A stretch of 64,000 nucleotides of DNA from Bacteriovoracaceae bacterium (GCA_048270185.1 JBLWTJ010000002.1:384001-448000), one strand, 5' to 3'. Counted from the first letter of the stretch, positions 27,732 through 38,479 are shown. The notes: a model not told the origin generated them from the sequence alone. Numbers and translations: made by a program.

Positions 27732-30032
27732 TTATAAAATTGGATTATTATCTGCGACGGTTTCTTCAATCTCTCCATTTTGAGAGCGAAGATTTTGGAA
27801 GCTTCCATACAGTCCCTTAAGAGACATAATTAGTTCCTCATCTTCTTCCTGAGCAAAGCGTGATAGATGCTGAGATTCAGAAGCAACTTCATTCATTTCA
27901 CTTCTTATGGCCTTAAACGTATCTTTTATTTGTGATACATTTGGCACCTCTTTACTATCCATGATGATTTGTACTTTTGACAGTCCGACATCTAGTTGTG
28001 TTGAAACTTTTGAGAAGTGGCTTAGTGTTGAGTTAAAGTCTCTAAGCTCTCCCGCAAATTTATCAAGAGTTGCACTTGAAGCGGTCCCTCTTTGCATTTG
28101 ATCGACAACCTGTGAACTTCTTGCTCTAAAGAGCTCAACCTGTGACTTAAGAGATTTAAATTGATCTCTCGATTTTACAAGTCCGGCAAAGGCCATTTTA
28201 TTTTCATTGATAATCTCAACGATTTCACCTGAGCGAGTTGCAAGTTCAACTTCTTCATTAAAGAGACGATTACTCATCTCAATCATATAGCGATTCATTT
28301 CTTCGAATTTCGCTCTCATTTCAACAACAGAGATGATTTTATCTTTTGCTACCTTGAAACGATTAATAGCATCTTTTTGAAGATCTTTTTGTCCTTCAAA
28401 AATAATTCTTACATCATCAATAATCTTATATTGTTCAAAAAGATTATTCTCAAGAAGCTCTATTTCTTTTAAGAAAGATGCTTTTTGCCCAAGGAAGTGA
28501 TCATTTACATTTGTGAACTTAGCGTAGACGTGATCAATACCTGCGGATGTAAAATCTTGCTGTAACTTCTCTCTTATTTCACCAGAGAAATTTCCATCGA
28601 TTAGAGATTCAAGAGACTTCACAACAGGAGAGACAACGGCTTTCATTTGGTTTGAAAGTGTTTCTTCTAAACTTCTTAGAGGATAGAAGATAACCATAAT
28701 TCTCTTTTGGTCAGCGTATTCAACAGGCGAAACATACATTTCAAAAGGTGCTGCTTCACTAGAGCTTTCTGTTTTAACTTGAATTTGATAGATTCCAGCA
28801 ATCCCATCTCTTACAGCACTAATAACAGGATCATTCTCTCCAAGATTCGTAAAAGTACTTAGATAATCCCAAGTGATACTTAGATCTTTCTTTGAGCTAT
28901 CAAGACTCCAGTGCTCATAGAATAATGAGTTGGCCCAAACAGCATTTAGATTTGAATCGAGAAGTAATGAAGAAAAAGGCATCGCATCCTGGAAGATTGA
29001 ACCAAAACTCATACGCTTATGAATATATCCACGATACTTCTCAATTTCTTCTTTGAATGGATGTGACCACTCACCTTCTAAACTTGCTCTTACTGGAATT
29101 AGACCATCTTTAATTAGATCAAGAGAGGCCGTCTCCATTATCTTCTTTGCACGTTTCTCGTTTGAATTTACCACAACAATTCCACCTGCAAGAACAAGAG
29201 TTAACATACCGACGATTGCAATTAGGCCGTATAAAGTTGTTTGAGAAGTTTGATTAAGCTCAATTTTCTGATAAGTAAGTTTTGGACCAAATTTCTCACT
29301 CCAAACTTGATAACTTTTATTCGTACTTTCCCAAAGACTTCCAAAATCACGAAGAGAGTTAAGAGATTTTTCTAATAGATCTAATTCTGTTTTAAGAGTT
29401 CCAAGTCGTATAACAATTAAGTTCTTATCTTCATCAGATAGAACTGATCTCATTGTAACTTTTTCCATATATTCAACGTCACCAACAATTGAAGAATGCA
29501 AGCGCTTCAAATTTCCATAACTATAGAAATTAGAACTCTTCGTTGTGCCGACCGAGATTTTAGTTTTAATCTTATTAGAAACTCTTGTTAGAGTACGCCA
29601 TTGGTTATGAACAACAAAGTTTTGAAACCCAATCATCTTCGTTCTAAGAACATTGATAAGAGTTGATTTATTAGCTGTAGCTGTAATGTCATTAAGCTTT
29701 TTTCTCAACTCTTTAAAATTTTCTTCAAGTTGGTCATACTCACTAATTGCAACGATATTATTTAGTTCACTTACTGAAGATTCAAACCTTTCAAATTCAG
29801 AAATAGCTTCTTTCGTGCGATCAACACTTACAAGTTCCTTGATATTTTCAAGTGCATTTGAATTCTTAACTTCATCAAATTTTGAAGTCGACTCATAGAC
29901 AAGAGTCATTCTTTCAAAATTTGCAGGTCCCTTCTTCCAAAAAGTCCATACACCAAATGAAACTAGCGCAATAGTAATAACGAGAGAGATAGAAAAATAG
30001 ATAAACAGCGGCTTACTGAAACGAAGTTTCAT
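27732..30032 (-). CDS. Large two-TM membrane protein with PAS-like and coiled-coil cytoplasmic regions (chemoreceptor-like topology)
   Basis: TMs at about aa 9-32 and 267-288; PAS-like segment (FQDAMPFSSLLLDSNLNAVWAN..F); helical C-terminus without an MCP signalling tip. Confidence 0.6.
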   Translation of the reverse strand: MKLRFSKPLFIYFSISLVITIALVSFGVWTFWKKGPANFERMTLVYESTSKFDEVKNSNALENIKELVSVDRTKEAISEFERFESSVSELNNIVAISEYDQLEENFKELRKKLNDITATANKSTLINVLRTKMIGFQNFVVHNQWRTLTRVSNKIKTKISVGTTKSSNFYSYGNLKRLHSSIVGDVEYMEKVTMRSVLSDEDKNLIVIRLGTLKTELDLLEKSLNSLRDFGSLWESTNKSYQVWSEKFGPKLTYQKIELNQTSQTTLYGLIAIVGMLTLVLAGGIVVVNSNEKRAKKIMETASLDLIKDGLIPVRASLEGEWSHPFKEEIEKYRGYIHKRMSFGSIFQDAMPFSSLLLDSNLNAVWANSLFYEHWSLDSSKKDLSITWDYLSTFTNLGENDPVISAVRDGIAGIYQIQVKTESSSEAAPFEMYVSPVEYADQKRIMVIFYPLRSLEETLSNQMKAVVSPVVKSLESLIDGNFSGEIREKLQQDFTSAGIDHVYAKFTNVNDHFLGQKASFLKEIELLENNLFEQYKIIDDVRIIFEGQKDLQKDAINRFKVAKDKIISVVEMRAKFEEMNRYMIEMSNRLFNEEVELATRSGEIVEIINENKMAFAGLVKSRDQFKSLKSQVELFRARSSQVVDQMQRGTASSATLDKFAGELRDFNSTLSHFSKVSTQLDVGLSKVQIIMDSKEVPNVSQIKDTFKAIRSEMNEVASESQHLSRFAQEEDEELIMSLKGLYGSFQNLRSQNGEIEETVADNNPIL

Positions 30033-30091
30033 ACTATAGGTCTCCTAAATGTCGGATAGGGAAAAAAATCACATCCATATGTTAACGGTCC

Positions 30092-30106
30092 TTCACATCC
30101 TGTGAA
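30092..30106 (-). promoter_or_regulatory. CsrA/RsmA-type GGA hairpin
   Basis: Minus strand TTCACA-GGA-TGTGAA in the leader, with further GGA motifs (ATGGATGT, AGGAG SD). Confidence 0.55.
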
Positions 30107-30182
30107 CGTCATCAGAATTTCTTCCTATATTATGCTATTTTTTGGACGATTTTTAAAGGGGAAATTCATTTAATTTAGAGGT

Positions 30183-30210
30183 AAAAAAACCCTCTAGAAG
30201 TAGAGGGTTT
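30183..30210 (-). terminator. Rho-independent terminator after fliA
   Basis: Minus strand AAACCCTCTA-CTTC-TAGAGGG followed by T7. Confidence 0.85.
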
Positions 30211-30245
30211 GAGTTATTTAATCTATTATTATTGATTTAAATTGA

Positions 30246-31040
30246 TTAGCTAACAAGTTCTTCATAACCTTCAAACATCGTTTGTAGTTTAGCTTTTAGC
30301 TTCATTACGGCCTGTGTGTGAAGTTGTGATACACGTGACTCTGTTACATCTAATACTTGACCGATTTCTTTAAGATTTAGGTCTTCATAATAGTAAAGAG
30401 AAAGAACTAGTCTTTGCTTTTCAGGAAGCTGTTCGATTCCTTCTTTAATTTTATCTCTGAAGTTTTTATTAGAAACAGCAGTAAATGGATTCATTGCCTT
30501 GCTATCTTCATTAAGACCGGCCATTGCACGCTTGTCATTACGATTAAAAGTAGCTGAATCATCGATATTAAGGATTGAAACAGACTTAGCTTTATTAAGC
30601 ATTGCGTGGAAATCTTCTTTAGAACATTCTAGCTCAGCACACATTTCATCATCAGTAGCTGGACGTCCAAGTTCAGCTTCTAACTTAGAATACGCGCGAT
30701 CAATTAACTTGGCCTTCTCTCTTACAGAACGAGGTACCCAGTCTTGTGAACGAAGTTCATCAAGAATTGCTCCTCTAATTCTGAATTCGGCATAAGTTTT
30801 AAATTTATTATCTCTTGATGGATCAAACTTCTCGATAGCATCCATTAAGCCAATAACACCACAAGAAATAAGATCATCTAATTCGATATTAGATGGAAGA
30901 CGTGATGCAATTTTCTGTGCAATATATTTAATAAGTGGAGCGTACTCTACTACGATCTCATCTTTTACTCTTGGATCCACTGTTGAACGGTAATCTTTTA
31001 AATTCTTTAATTTTTTGGCCAACGATGACATCTCTCTCAC
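30246..31040 (-). CDS. fliA: Flagellar sigma factor sigma28
   Basis: LDDLIS.G.IGL.DA..KFD, RIRGAILDELR..DW.PRS.R, LYYYE.LNLKEIG.VL.VTESRVSQLH. Confidence 0.96.
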   Translation of the reverse strand: MREMSSLAKKLKNLKDYRSTVDPRVKDEIVVEYAPLIKYIAQKIASRLPSNIELDDLISCGVIGLMDAIEKFDPSRDNKFKTYAEFRIRGAILDELRSQDWVPRSVREKAKLIDRAYSKLEAELGRPATDDEMCAELECSKEDFHAMLNKAKSVSILNIDDSATFNRNDKRAMAGLNEDSKAMNPFTAVSNKNFRDKIKEGIEQLPEKQRLVLSLYYYEDLNLKEIGQVLDVTESRVSQLHTQAVMKLKAKLQTMFEGYEELVS

Positions 31041-31047
31041 TCCTTGA

Positions 31048-31944
31048 TTAGGCTAACTGTTGTGGATTACTACCGGCATTATTGATTCCATTCAATAAAG
31101 CTGGCGCTACTCGACTACTAGTGTCCTCGTCGGTAAATTTATTAATGATCTTAGTGTAATATTTCGAAAGGGAATTCTTTTCCGTTTTTAAAAGTGCATG
31201 ATCGAATTTGTCAGATGGAACTTCGATATTCTTAACTCCACCTAGAACACTTAAGTTAGCTTGCATAAAGCTAGAAACCGTATCAACAAGAGATCTAACA
31301 ACTTTCAAATACTGCTTATTTGAGTCAACGCGATTTACGATTAAATGGTTATCTTTGATTTGATATTTTTGATTTAAAATTTTAATTAGGGCATAGGTAT
31401 CTGTAATTGATGAGCGGTCAGGGTTAACTACCATAAAACGATAATCAGCATAAGCTTGGAGATTAATCGTTTCCCTATTAACACCTGCAGGGCAATCAAG
31501 AATGATATGATCGTAATCACTCTTATGTTCAGCAATGATATCCACAATAAATTTATCGTGCTCAAAGCTATGATCAAAGAGATCACTATTTCCATTACAT
31601 CCACTTAGAAGATGGATATTCCCTAATTTATAAAGACACTCATCAAATGATTTTTCAAGAGATAGAAGTGAATAGAAATTATCATTTAGAGGAAGTCCAA
31701 GCTTTACTGCCGTATTAGAAAGATTATAATCACAATCGATTAATAAAACTCTCTTACCTGTTGAACTTAATTCATTGGCAATCATTAAAGCAGTTGTAGT
31801 TTTTCCTACACCACCCTTTCCGGAGCCAACGGCGATGATTTTACACTCATCATCAAAAGAAATTAATGGGCTTGTAACGTTTGATTCACATTGATCGTCA
31901 CTACGGTGTGACAACAACCAAGTTGAAAGATCGTTTCTGGACAT
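31048..31944 (-). CDS. flhG: MinD/ParA-family flagellar number regulator FlhG/FleN
   Basis: Deviant Walker A SGKGGVGKT, D.D, DCPAG, P..SITD.YA.IK; between flhF and fliA. Confidence 0.9.
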   Translation of the reverse strand: MSRNDLSTWLLSHRSDDQCESNVTSPLISFDDECKIIAVGSGKGGVGKTTTALMIANELSSTGKRVLLIDCDYNLSNTAVKLGLPLNDNFYSLLSLEKSFDECLYKLGNIHLLSGCNGNSDLFDHSFEHDKFIVDIIAEHKSDYDHIILDCPAGVNRETINLQAYADYRFMVVNPDRSSITDTYALIKILNQKYQIKDNHLIVNRVDSNKQYLKVVRSLVDTVSSFMQANLSVLGGVKNIEVPSDKFDHALLKTEKNSLSKYYTKIINKFTDEDTSSRVAPALLNGINNAGSNPQQLA

Positions 31945-31992
31945 CCTGTCTCCTAAACAAAACTTAAAATTAATCTAAATTTTACTGCTATC

Positions 31993-33477
31993 TTATAATT
32001 TAAAGATTCCTGCCAAAATCCTTTCGGCAGTTGCAGCTTCTAGGTCATCAGGAACAATTTCACCTGTTCCAAAAAACTTATATGGTAACGAGTTGAAGTC
32101 GATTGCTAAATTAAAGAGTGATCCGTAATTCAGGCACTGATCCAAGTGTGTTACCACTAAACCATTAGCAATATTTGCATAACGATTTAGTACTTTTCTA
32201 TTATACAACTCTGTATTGATTCCCGATAGACAGATTAAAACTTCCACATTTTCAAAAGAGCGTTTTAAACCATCCACGAACTTCTTGATTTCATTGAGTT
32301 CTTGGTTTTGTGCCTTATAGTCAATAAAAACATTCTTCTTTGTTTCAATTGATTTTCGAGTAGTTGCAACAATTTCAGAAATTGTTTCACATACGCTCGA
32401 CTCAACATTAAAGAATTTTTCAGAAAAACTTGTATTATCTTTATATCCTACTCTTCCCTTATTTCTGATGATTACAGAATCATCTTTAAGAGCTGAAAGC
32501 TTTGTTAACATTGAGCTTTGACCACAAGTTGCATCTGAGATCATAACAGTAACTGTCTTTGATGCTTCATTATCAACAGAAGAGAACAGTGGCATCGCTG
32601 TATTTACTTCGCCAAGCATTTCTTTTAGAGCAAACTCAAATACTAAATCTGGGTTTTCTTTTTCATCGTCTGATAATTCAAAATTTGCTTTTCTTACAAC
32701 TTGTTGAATATATCTTTCTTCGATGTCTAAACTTCTAAAAATTGTTACCATCTCTTTAACACCAAGTGCTTGAGGCTTTGTGATTCCTTGTACACTTTGT
32801 GCTAATTCATATAGCTTCTTTTCAAGATCATCAATTTTATTTCTTTGAGTTTCAATTAACTCATTCATTTCATGATTTGTTTCTTGAATTTCAACACGAT
32901 TAACTTGTGTTTGTGGTTGCGCTTGAACATGAGAGCGGGCCTGAACCTGTGGTTTCTCTTCAAAATCGATTTCTTCTTCAAGAGAGAAGTCACCATTTAA
33001 GAAATCATTAAAGCTTTCAGAGTTAGCATTGGCCGTCGCCTTCTTCACTTCTTCACGATCGATAGAACTTAAGAAGTCATCAAGTCCTGAAGCTTGTGAA
33101 TTTGAAGATGAATTAGTTCTGTTTTCTTCAACAATATTAACACTCTTATTTAATCCTAAGTTACCATATCCACCAGCAGATGGATTAGCAGCAGCTTGGT
33201 TCTGGTCGTGTGAATTAATCATATTTGCGATATAAGACGAATTATTTTGATAAAAAGATTGTTTTTGATCTTGTGAGAGGACATTATCGACACGTGCTTT
33301 CTTTGTGTAGTTCTTTTCAGAGATAGCGGCCGTAATTTCGATTTTCTTCTTTTTAAATGCGCCTTTAATTCCTTTATTCGTTTGAGTCTTAAGAATAATT
33401 GCATCAGGTCCCAGCTCGGCCTTAATATTCGCTAGCGCCTCATCTAAAGAATCTGCTTCAAATTTTCTTACGTACAT
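31993..33477 (-). CDS. flhF: FlhF-like SRP-family protein with degenerate GTPase motifs
   Basis: N-terminus M.VRKF.A....EAL..IK.ELG.DAIIL and C-terminus GTGE.VPDDL..A typical of FlhF; located flhA-X-flhG. Confidence 0.8.
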   Translation of the reverse strand: MYVRKFEADSLDEALANIKAELGPDAIILKTQTNKGIKGAFKKKKIEITAAISEKNYTKKARVDNVLSQDQKQSFYQNNSSYIANMINSHDQNQAAANPSAGGYGNLGLNKSVNIVEENRTNSSSNSQASGLDDFLSSIDREEVKKATANANSESFNDFLNGDFSLEEEIDFEEKPQVQARSHVQAQPQTQVNRVEIQETNHEMNELIETQRNKIDDLEKKLYELAQSVQGITKPQALGVKEMVTIFRSLDIEERYIQQVVRKANFELSDDEKENPDLVFEFALKEMLGEVNTAMPLFSSVDNEASKTVTVMISDATCGQSSMLTKLSALKDDSVIIRNKGRVGYKDNTSFSEKFFNVESSVCETISEIVATTRKSIETKKNVFIDYKAQNQELNEIKKFVDGLKRSFENVEVLICLSGINTELYNRKVLNRYANIANGLVVTHLDQCLNYGSLFNLAIDFNSLPYKFFGTGEIVPDDLEAATAERILAGIFKL

Positions 33478-33478
33478 C

Positions 33479-35554
33479 CTATAACCTCACCGTTCCAAGC
33501 GATCTAATATTCACATCCGGGCTTAACTCATTATGACTTACTACAATTAAGTTTGGTATGAATTTTTCTGTTAATTTCTTAAAGTGGCCACGGATAACTG
33601 GGGAACAAAGAACAACCATCTTCTCACCCATATTTGTTGCCTCCTCTATTTTCTCATTTAAACTGGCCAAAATCGATTGGGTAATTCTTGGGTCTAAAGA
33701 AACTTGTTGACCATTTTCAGTTTGTATGAGATTGCCCGCAACCTGTTCTTCAATTTTACGATCTAGTGTGAATATAGGCAAATCACCATTGGCAGACTTA
33801 ATTGATTCAGTGATAGTGCGGTATAACGATTGTCTGACATTTTCTGTCAGGAGTTCTGTATCTTTAATTTTGGTCCCATATTCAGATAGAGACTCTAAAA
33901 TTGTTCTAAGATCGCGAATGGAAACATTTTCCCTCAGTAAATTTTGAAGTACTTTTAAAACCGACCCAAGAGGTAGGATATCTGGAACAAGGTCTGCAAC
34001 AATCTTAGGATAGTGCTCTTTGAAGTTATCAAGAACACGTACAAGTTCTTGACGACCAAATAATTCGTGAAGATTCGTTCTAAGTATCTCTGTTAAGTGA
34101 GTTGCAAGTACAGTTGAAAGGTCAACAACTGTATAGCCATTGAATCCAGCATCATCTTTTTGATCTTCTGTAATCCAAACGGCCGGAAGTCCGAAGACTG
34201 GCTCAATTGTCTCCATTCCATCAATTTTTTCAATTACACTTCCTGGATCCATGGCCAAGTAGTGATCAGGAACAAGCTCACCTTGAGCAACTTCAATCCC
34301 CTTTATCTTAAGAGAGTATCCTCCAGGGGCCAATTCTAAATTATCCTTAATTCGCACAGATGGAATAATAACCCCCCAGTCTAGTGCAAATTGCTTTCTC
34401 ATATAAGTAATACGTTCAAGTAGATCACCATTTTGAGATGAATCCACAAGATTAACCAGTCCATATCCAACTTCAAGTTCAACAAGTTCAAGATTAAGAA
34501 GATCTTCAAGAGAGTCAGGAGTTGCCTTCTTCTCTTCTTCAACATTAACCTCAGCAGCAAGGGCCGCAGCTTCTTTTGTATTCTCCATTCTATTGGAAAC
34601 GTAAAGCATAGCAAGCCCAACAGTAATGAATGGCAACTTTGGAAGCCCTGGAATAAGAGAGAAAATTAATAGAACACAACCTGCAATAAGCACAGCTTTT
34701 GGGTGTAAGCTAAATTGCTTACTCATCTGCTCACCTAGATTATCTTCACTTGTATTTCTTGTAGCGATAATACCAGCTGCGGTCGAGATGATTAGAGCTG
34801 GAATTTGTGAAACAAGTCCATCCCCAACAGTTAGGAGTGTATAAGTTTCAGCAGCACTTCCAAAGCTCATCTTATACTGACCAACACCTACGATGATCCC
34901 ACCGATGATATTGATAGCAGTGATAAGAATACCAGCGATGGCATCTCCTCGAACGAATTTCGAAGCACCATCCATAGACCCGTAAAAGTCAGCTTCTTCA
35001 GCTACTTCAGAACGTCTTCTTTTTGCTTCTTCATCATTAATAAGTCCAGCATTTAAGTCAGCATCAATTGCCATCTGCTTACCAGGCATCGCATCTAACG
35101 TGAAACGTGCACCAACTTCAGCAACCCTACCGGCACCTTTTGTAATAACCATGAAGTTGATAATTACTAAGATAATGAAGACGATGATCCCAACTACAAA
35201 ATTTCCTTCAACAACGAATTCACCGAAACTTCTGATGATCTCACCAGCAGCACTTGTACCTTCACTTCCTGAGCGAAGAAGAATGTTACGTGTTGAGGCA
35301 ACGTTAAGAGAAAGTCTAAATAGAGTTGTCACTAGAAGAACAGCAGGAAATGTCGAGAAATCAAGTGGCTTCTTTGTATAAACAGAAACTAAAAGAATAA
35401 TAATTGCAAATGATAATGTGATTGCAAGAAGTAAGTCTAATACGATTGGTGGAACAGGAATAATCATTACAGCAAGAACTGCTAATATACCAATGGCCAC
35501 TGCCAGATCTGAATTTTCCGTGAGAACTTTTAGTCTCTTAAAGATACCATCCAT
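33479..35554 (-). CDS. flhA: Flagellar export gate protein FlhA
   Basis: RVAEVGARFTLDAMPGKQMAIDADL, FYGSMDGASKFVRGD, GDGLVSQIP, VSIRDLRTI. Confidence 0.97.
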   Translation of the reverse strand: MDGIFKRLKVLTENSDLAVAIGILAVLAVMIIPVPPIVLDLLLAITLSFAIIILLVSVYTKKPLDFSTFPAVLLVTTLFRLSLNVASTRNILLRSGSEGTSAAGEIIRSFGEFVVEGNFVVGIIVFIILVIINFMVITKGAGRVAEVGARFTLDAMPGKQMAIDADLNAGLINDEEAKRRRSEVAEEADFYGSMDGASKFVRGDAIAGILITAINIIGGIIVGVGQYKMSFGSAAETYTLLTVGDGLVSQIPALIISTAAGIIATRNTSEDNLGEQMSKQFSLHPKAVLIAGCVLLIFSLIPGLPKLPFITVGLAMLYVSNRMENTKEAAALAAEVNVEEEKKATPDSLEDLLNLELVELEVGYGLVNLVDSSQNGDLLERITYMRKQFALDWGVIIPSVRIKDNLELAPGGYSLKIKGIEVAQGELVPDHYLAMDPGSVIEKIDGMETIEPVFGLPAVWITEDQKDDAGFNGYTVVDLSTVLATHLTEILRTNLHELFGRQELVRVLDNFKEHYPKIVADLVPDILPLGSVLKVLQNLLRENVSIRDLRTILESLSEYGTKIKDTELLTENVRQSLYRTITESIKSANGDLPIFTLDRKIEEQVAGNLIQTENGQQVSLDPRITQSILASLNEKIEEATNMGEKMVVLCSPVIRGHFKKLTEKFIPNLIVVSHNELSPDVNIRSLGTVRL

Positions 35555-35562
35555 GAATTATC

Positions 35563-36639
35563 CTAACTTATTGCTTTATTCTTTCTTTTTAATTTATATA
35601 CAAATGCTAATACTTCAGCGACTGCCTTATAAAGTGTACGAGGAACACCTTCTCCCACTTTTACTGATTTATATAGGGCCCTTGCTAAAGGTACATTTTC
35701 AACGATTGGAATATTGTGCTCTTTTGCAATCTCTCTAATTTTCATTGCAAGGTGGTCTGCACCTTTCCCAACAATTCCAGGAGCAACCATTGTTTCTTGA
35801 TCATACTTAAGAACAATTGATATGTGAGTTGGGTTTGTAATAATAACGTCTGCCGTTGGGATGTCCGCAAGCATTCTTTTCTGAGCTTGTTCTCTTTGAA
35901 TTTGACGAATTCGTTGCTTAACTTCAGGTGAACCATCTTGCTCTTTAGACTCTTTCTTCACTTCTTCTTTTGTCATCATCAGTTTCTTCTTATGAGCAAA
36001 CTTTTGATAAGCAAAATCAGCAATAGCGATAATAACGAGTCCTGCGAGAATAGCAAAACCAAGCTTAATAAGAATATCTTTTCCAATCATAAAAGCTTGG
36101 AAGAAATCAATGTGTAAGAAGCCGACAAATTGAGTGATATCATCTTTCATATAGAGATAGACAATACCTAGAATAAAAATAAATTTAAAAACACCCTTTA
36201 TCGCCTCAACCACGGCCTTCATTGAGAATAGTCGCTTCATCCCTTTGATTGGATCGATACGGTCAGGCTTCCATTCAAGAACATCTGGTGCGAAAATAAA
36301 GCCGATTTGAGCAACGTTTGCAATAATACCAGAACAAAGAGCAACAAGACATACCGGAGCGGCACATACAAGAGCAGTCGTCGCCGTTTTATTAACAATT
36401 GTCTTTAGTGATTTTTCAGTAAATGCAGTTGAACTATCAAGATGCATAATCCAACGTATAAACTCTTCCATCTCTTGATAAACGAAAAGAAGTGATAGAC
36501 CTAGAGTCATGATACAAGCAGACAGCACCAACACACTTGTTAGTTCTTTTGATGAAGCAACTTCCCCCTTCCTCTTTGATTCGTCGATCTTATGCTGGGA
36601 AGGGTCTTCCGTTTTTTCTTGGTCTGTATCTTCTGCCAC
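35563..36639 (-). CDS. flhB: Flagellar export switch protein FlhB
   Basis: EKTE, MTKEEVKKE.KE..G.P.VK.R.R, NPTH autocleavage motif, PLARAL. Confidence 0.96.
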   Translation of the reverse strand: MAEDTDQEKTEDPSQHKIDESKRKGEVASSKELTSVLVLSACIMTLGLSLLFVYQEMEEFIRWIMHLDSSTAFTEKSLKTIVNKTATTALVCAAPVCLVALCSGIIANVAQIGFIFAPDVLEWKPDRIDPIKGMKRLFSMKAVVEAIKGVFKFIFILGIVYLYMKDDITQFVGFLHIDFFQAFMIGKDILIKLGFAILAGLVIIAIADFAYQKFAHKKKLMMTKEEVKKESKEQDGSPEVKQRIRQIQREQAQKRMLADIPTADVIITNPTHISIVLKYDQETMVAPGIVGKGADHLAMKIREIAKEHNIPIVENVPLARALYKSVKVGEGVPRTLYKAVAEVLAFVYKLKRKNKAIS

Positions 36640-36647
36640 GCTTTATC

Positions 36648-37424
36648 CTATAAAATAAAGTTAAACCACTCACCGAGACGGTCAGTGTACATTTTAAATG
36701 CAACATGAAAGAACTCATCGCTTGTTGCCGTAAATACTAGTAGACCTAGGCCAATATTGACGACAAAGCTAACCATAATGATATTCATTTGTGGAACAGT
36801 ACGAGCAATAATTCCGAGAACTGTACTGATGAGCATATTTGTAAAAATTAATGGTGTCGCAAGCATAATAGCGGCGACAAAAATTGACTTGAAAGCTTCA
36901 ATATAAAAGATATGAGACTTTGCAAATACTCCCATATCGTAGACATGAATAGTATAGAAGGACTGAAAAATCCCTTTAAACATTGGTAAAAGTGCACCTG
37001 AAGAAATAACCATAACAAGAACAGTCCATTGTATGAGTTTTTCGAAAGGACCCACCTGCTGACCCGAAGACGGATCAAAGTAGCGAATCGCTGCAAATCC
37101 AATTTGCTGAGTAATAATACTCCCTGCTGACAGGAAGATACCCATAATTGATTTTACCAAATAACCGATCACCAATCCAATTAGTGTGTAAATAATAGTG
37201 AGTGCCCAGAAATGATCTTTTCCTACGTACATAATGTCTTTAATAACTTCCCCTTGAATATATGGGTAGAAGCAAAAACTCATGACAAGCGTCGATAATA
37301 TCTTTACCATCATCGGGATTGGTAAGTTATCGTAAATAGGTAATTGGAAATTAATAGCAAGTAATCTGGTAAAGATTAACCAGAAGGCAATGATTGGGAC
37401 AATGTCAGTGATTTGAATTGTCAT
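36648..37424 (-). CDS. fliR: Flagellar export protein FliR
   Basis: Polytopic membrane protein with AG..I..QIGF and R.VPQMN; operon position. Confidence 0.9.
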   Translation of the reverse strand: MTIQITDIVPIIAFWLIFTRLLAINFQLPIYDNLPIPMMVKILSTLVMSFCFYPYIQGEVIKDIMYVGKDHFWALTIIYTLIGLVIGYLVKSIMGIFLSAGSIITQQIGFAAIRYFDPSSGQQVGPFEKLIQWTVLVMVISSGALLPMFKGIFQSFYTIHVYDMGVFAKSHIFYIEAFKSIFVAAIMLATPLIFTNMLISTVLGIIARTVPQMNIIMVSFVVNIGLGLLVFTATSDEFFHVAFKMYTDRLGEWFNFIL

Positions 37425-37433
37425 CGACTAAAC

Positions 37434-37703
37434 CTACCTACCAGTTACGAGACTTGGAATACTGATAATTAATTCTCTAGTAAAAGTTGTTAATTGATCC
37501 GACATCCACGGTGCCGTTAAAACAAGAGCTCCAATGATGACAAGAATCTTAGGAATAAATGAGAGCGTTTGCTCATTGATTTGAGTTACTGCTTGAAAGA
37601 TCGAAACAAGAATACCCATAAAGAGTGCTCCTGCTAGCATCGGAGCTGAGATCATCAGACCAATTGTTACCGCTTGTCTTGCAATGTCTGAAAAAAAGTC
37701 CAT
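37434..37703 (-). CDS. fliQ: Flagellar export protein FliQ
   Basis: SIFQAVTQINEQTLSFIPK, PWM. Confidence 0.96.
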   Translation of the reverse strand: MDFFSDIARQAVTIGLMISAPMLAGALFMGILVSIFQAVTQINEQTLSFIPKILVIIGALVLTAPWMSDQLTTFTRELIISIPSLVTGR

Positions 37704-37711
37704 GTCGTCTC

Positions 37712-38464
37712 CTAATTAAATGATCTAAGTAATGAACCTGTTACTAGCTGCCAGCCATCAACAAGAACAAAGAGTAATAATTTAAATGGAAGTGAGATTA
37801 CAACCGGAGGTAGCATCATCATCCCCATCGCCATTAAAACTGAAGCAACAACCATATCTAGAATTAGAAATGGAATATATAGTAAGAAGCCAATTTGAAA
37901 GGCCGTCTTAAGCTCTGAAATAATAAAAGCTGGAATTAAAAAGTGAATAGGAACATCATTAATCGATTGAGGAGCTGTTCTTCCTGTCACATCGTAGAAA
38001 AGTCCGATATCAGCTTTTCTAACTTGCTTATTCATAAACCCTCTAAGTGCCCCTTCAATTCGGTCAATGGCCAGAGTTGTTGTAATTTTCTTATCAAGAT
38101 AAGGCTTAACAGCATTGGCATAAATATCTTCACCAGTTGGCTGCATAACAAAGACAGATAAGAAAAGAGCAAATCCAACAAGTAGTTGGTTTGGTGGCAT
38201 ACTCTGTGTTCCGATTGCCTGTCTCATAAATGAAAGTACGACAATAATACGAGTGAAACATGTACAAAGAATCAAGACGGCCGGAGCTAGAGTGAGTACC
38301 GTGAAAAGAATTGTTAACTCAATTGTATCAACGAGATCAACTCCCTGTCCGAAATTAACAGAAAGACCTGGAAGTCCCAGGTTAGTTGACTGTTGAGCAT
38401 AGATTGCAGTTAGCCATCCCCCAATACTAAAAACGATTAATGCTCTTAAAAAATTCTTCATCAA
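37712..38464 (-). CDS. fliP: Flagellar export protein FliP
   Basis: FTRIIVVL, PPNQ, PAFIISELKTAFQIGF, MGMMMLPP, LPFKLLLFVLVDGW. Confidence 0.97.
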   Translation of the reverse strand: MMKNFLRALIVFSIGGWLTAIYAQQSTNLGLPGLSVNFGQGVDLVDTIELTILFTVLTLAPAVLILCTCFTRIIVVLSFMRQAIGTQSMPPNQLLVGFALFLSVFVMQPTGEDIYANAVKPYLDKKITTTLAIDRIEGALRGFMNKQVRKADIGLFYDVTGRTAPQSINDVPIHFLIPAFIISELKTAFQIGFLLYIPFLILDMVVASVLMAMGMMMLPPVVISLPFKLLLFVLVDGWQLVTGSLLRSFN

Positions 38465-38479
38465 ACTTCCTATTTTGAC

